DNA of 64,000 nucleotides from Octopus sinensis. Taxonomy: Eukaryota. The stretch covers positions 74,772,001 through 74,836,000 of the forward strand of contig NC_042997.1 in NCBI RefSeq assembly GCF_006345805.1, written 5' to 3'. Below are positions 62,991 to 64,000 of the stretch, piece by piece (the stretch's first letter is position 1; each line of letters opens with the position of its first letter). The notes beneath the pieces were generated by a model that saw only the letters and a program-made list of their open reading frames with translations, did no database searches and was not told where the DNA came from. The position numbers were made by a program, and so were the translations under genes.

Positions 62991-64000
62991 GTGAGTACAC
63001 AAGGAAGACCAAATAGAACTTGTGAAGGCAATGGCTCCGGTAAAAAGGAAGCCAAACCAGTCTGCAAGTTCTATGTAAAGGGTACCTGCTGGTATTGTGA
63101 CACTGGAACAGGCTACAGATTTACTCATCTCAAATTCCATGTGAGTGGTACTTGTTCCACTAACCTGAAGACCAGGAAGAACAGCCTCTAACAATACTGT
63201 GCCAAGTCACAGGATAAAATTTCACCACTGTGGAAATGTGTAGATGATTTACAGTTTCTAGGATGAAACAAACTGTGGATACAGTGTGGATAGCAACTAG
63301 TGAACAACAGGTTTTTTTGGAGGTTGCACAGAGGATTTTAAGGCAGCTGATCTGGCTTCGTCAGACATCCTGTGTAATGAACACATACCAGTATTTGCAA
63401 CCACATCAAACAAGAAGGATCCAGGGTGACTACCTCTAACATCTCTGCACATGTCAGACCAGTGGCTACTGCCACACCTTATATGTCACACCAATATTGT
63501 TGCTGAACATCAAGGGCCTTGTAACATCCTACTAATGCAAAACCTAGTACCTGAGAGACTTAATGACATGTAATCAAGCAATATGCATGCTACTAACAGA
63601 AACATATCTAAATGCAGACATATCAGATGCTGAAATACATATACCAAAGTATGTTCTGTTTTGAACTGACAGGAGAGAAAGGACTCATGGTGGAGTAATA
63701 ATGTACAACCAGGAAGATGTCTCACCTGTGGTCCTACTGACACACTTAAACTCAGTCTGTGACACTCTTGTGGTATGCATAAACAAATGAAAATAGTAAC
63801 ATGTACTACATATCGCCCATCAGATACTCCAAATCATGGGGATTCATTTGAAGAAAGCCTCCAAAAAAATGAAAGAAGTATTAACCAACCTGGATGACAG
63901 CCTACACATACTTCTACTTGAGGACTTCAACTTCCATAATGTTGAATGGCCTGAGGTCCGCCTTCTCTTAGACCTGAGGCATGCAGAAACTCTGCTTGAC
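62990..64000 (+). mobile_element. CR1/L2-type LINE 5' portion (ORF1 with CCCH-like finger, ORF2 AP endonuclease), degenerate; runs off the window
   Basis: PVCKFYVKGTCWY...FTH; LLTETYLNADISDAEIHIPKYVLF*TDRRERTHGGVIMY; YRPSD; LLEDFNFHNVEWP. Confidence 0.8.

Noticed and set aside
62562-63194. Minus-strand ORFs considered as upstream dynein exons
   Set aside because: No dynein tail motifs; better explained by a transposase relic and the antisense of the LINE.

Overview
Eukaryotic, very AT-rich, repeat-dominated DNA. The SINE families, (GAT)n-tailed RTE LINEs and huge (TA)n arrays suggest an octopus or other cephalopod genome (inference). The only host gene seen is four minus-strand exons (1.0-8.7 kb) of an axonemal outer-arm beta-type dynein heavy chain (DNAH9/11/17-like N-terminal tail), with GT-AG boundaries and matching phases. 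No further exon was recognised from 8.7 to 64 kb, which reads as a >55-kb intron or upstream region filled with nested transposons. These include RTE LINEs (one near full length), at least five Penelope-like element (PLE) bodies, a pogo-type DNA transposon with intact TIRs and TA TSD, piggyBac, mariner and Gypsy relics, several non-autonomous Helitrons, tRNA-SINEs and a CR1/L2-type LINE. The main hidden signal is RNA structure: about a dozen type-I hammerhead ribozyme (HHR) motifs from at least 7 sequence families, in PLE pseudo-LTRs and in ORF-less palindromic elements. They include non-canonical catalytic cores: a reconstructed G3:C8 swap (36.1-36.2 kb), a U3:A8 swap (20.0 kb), two U4C cores (9.4 and 53.6 kb) and an HHR with a 59-nt extended stem II (47.3-47.5 kb). 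All folds were read by eye and none has been tested for cleavage. No CRISPR array, rRNA or true tRNA gene was seen.
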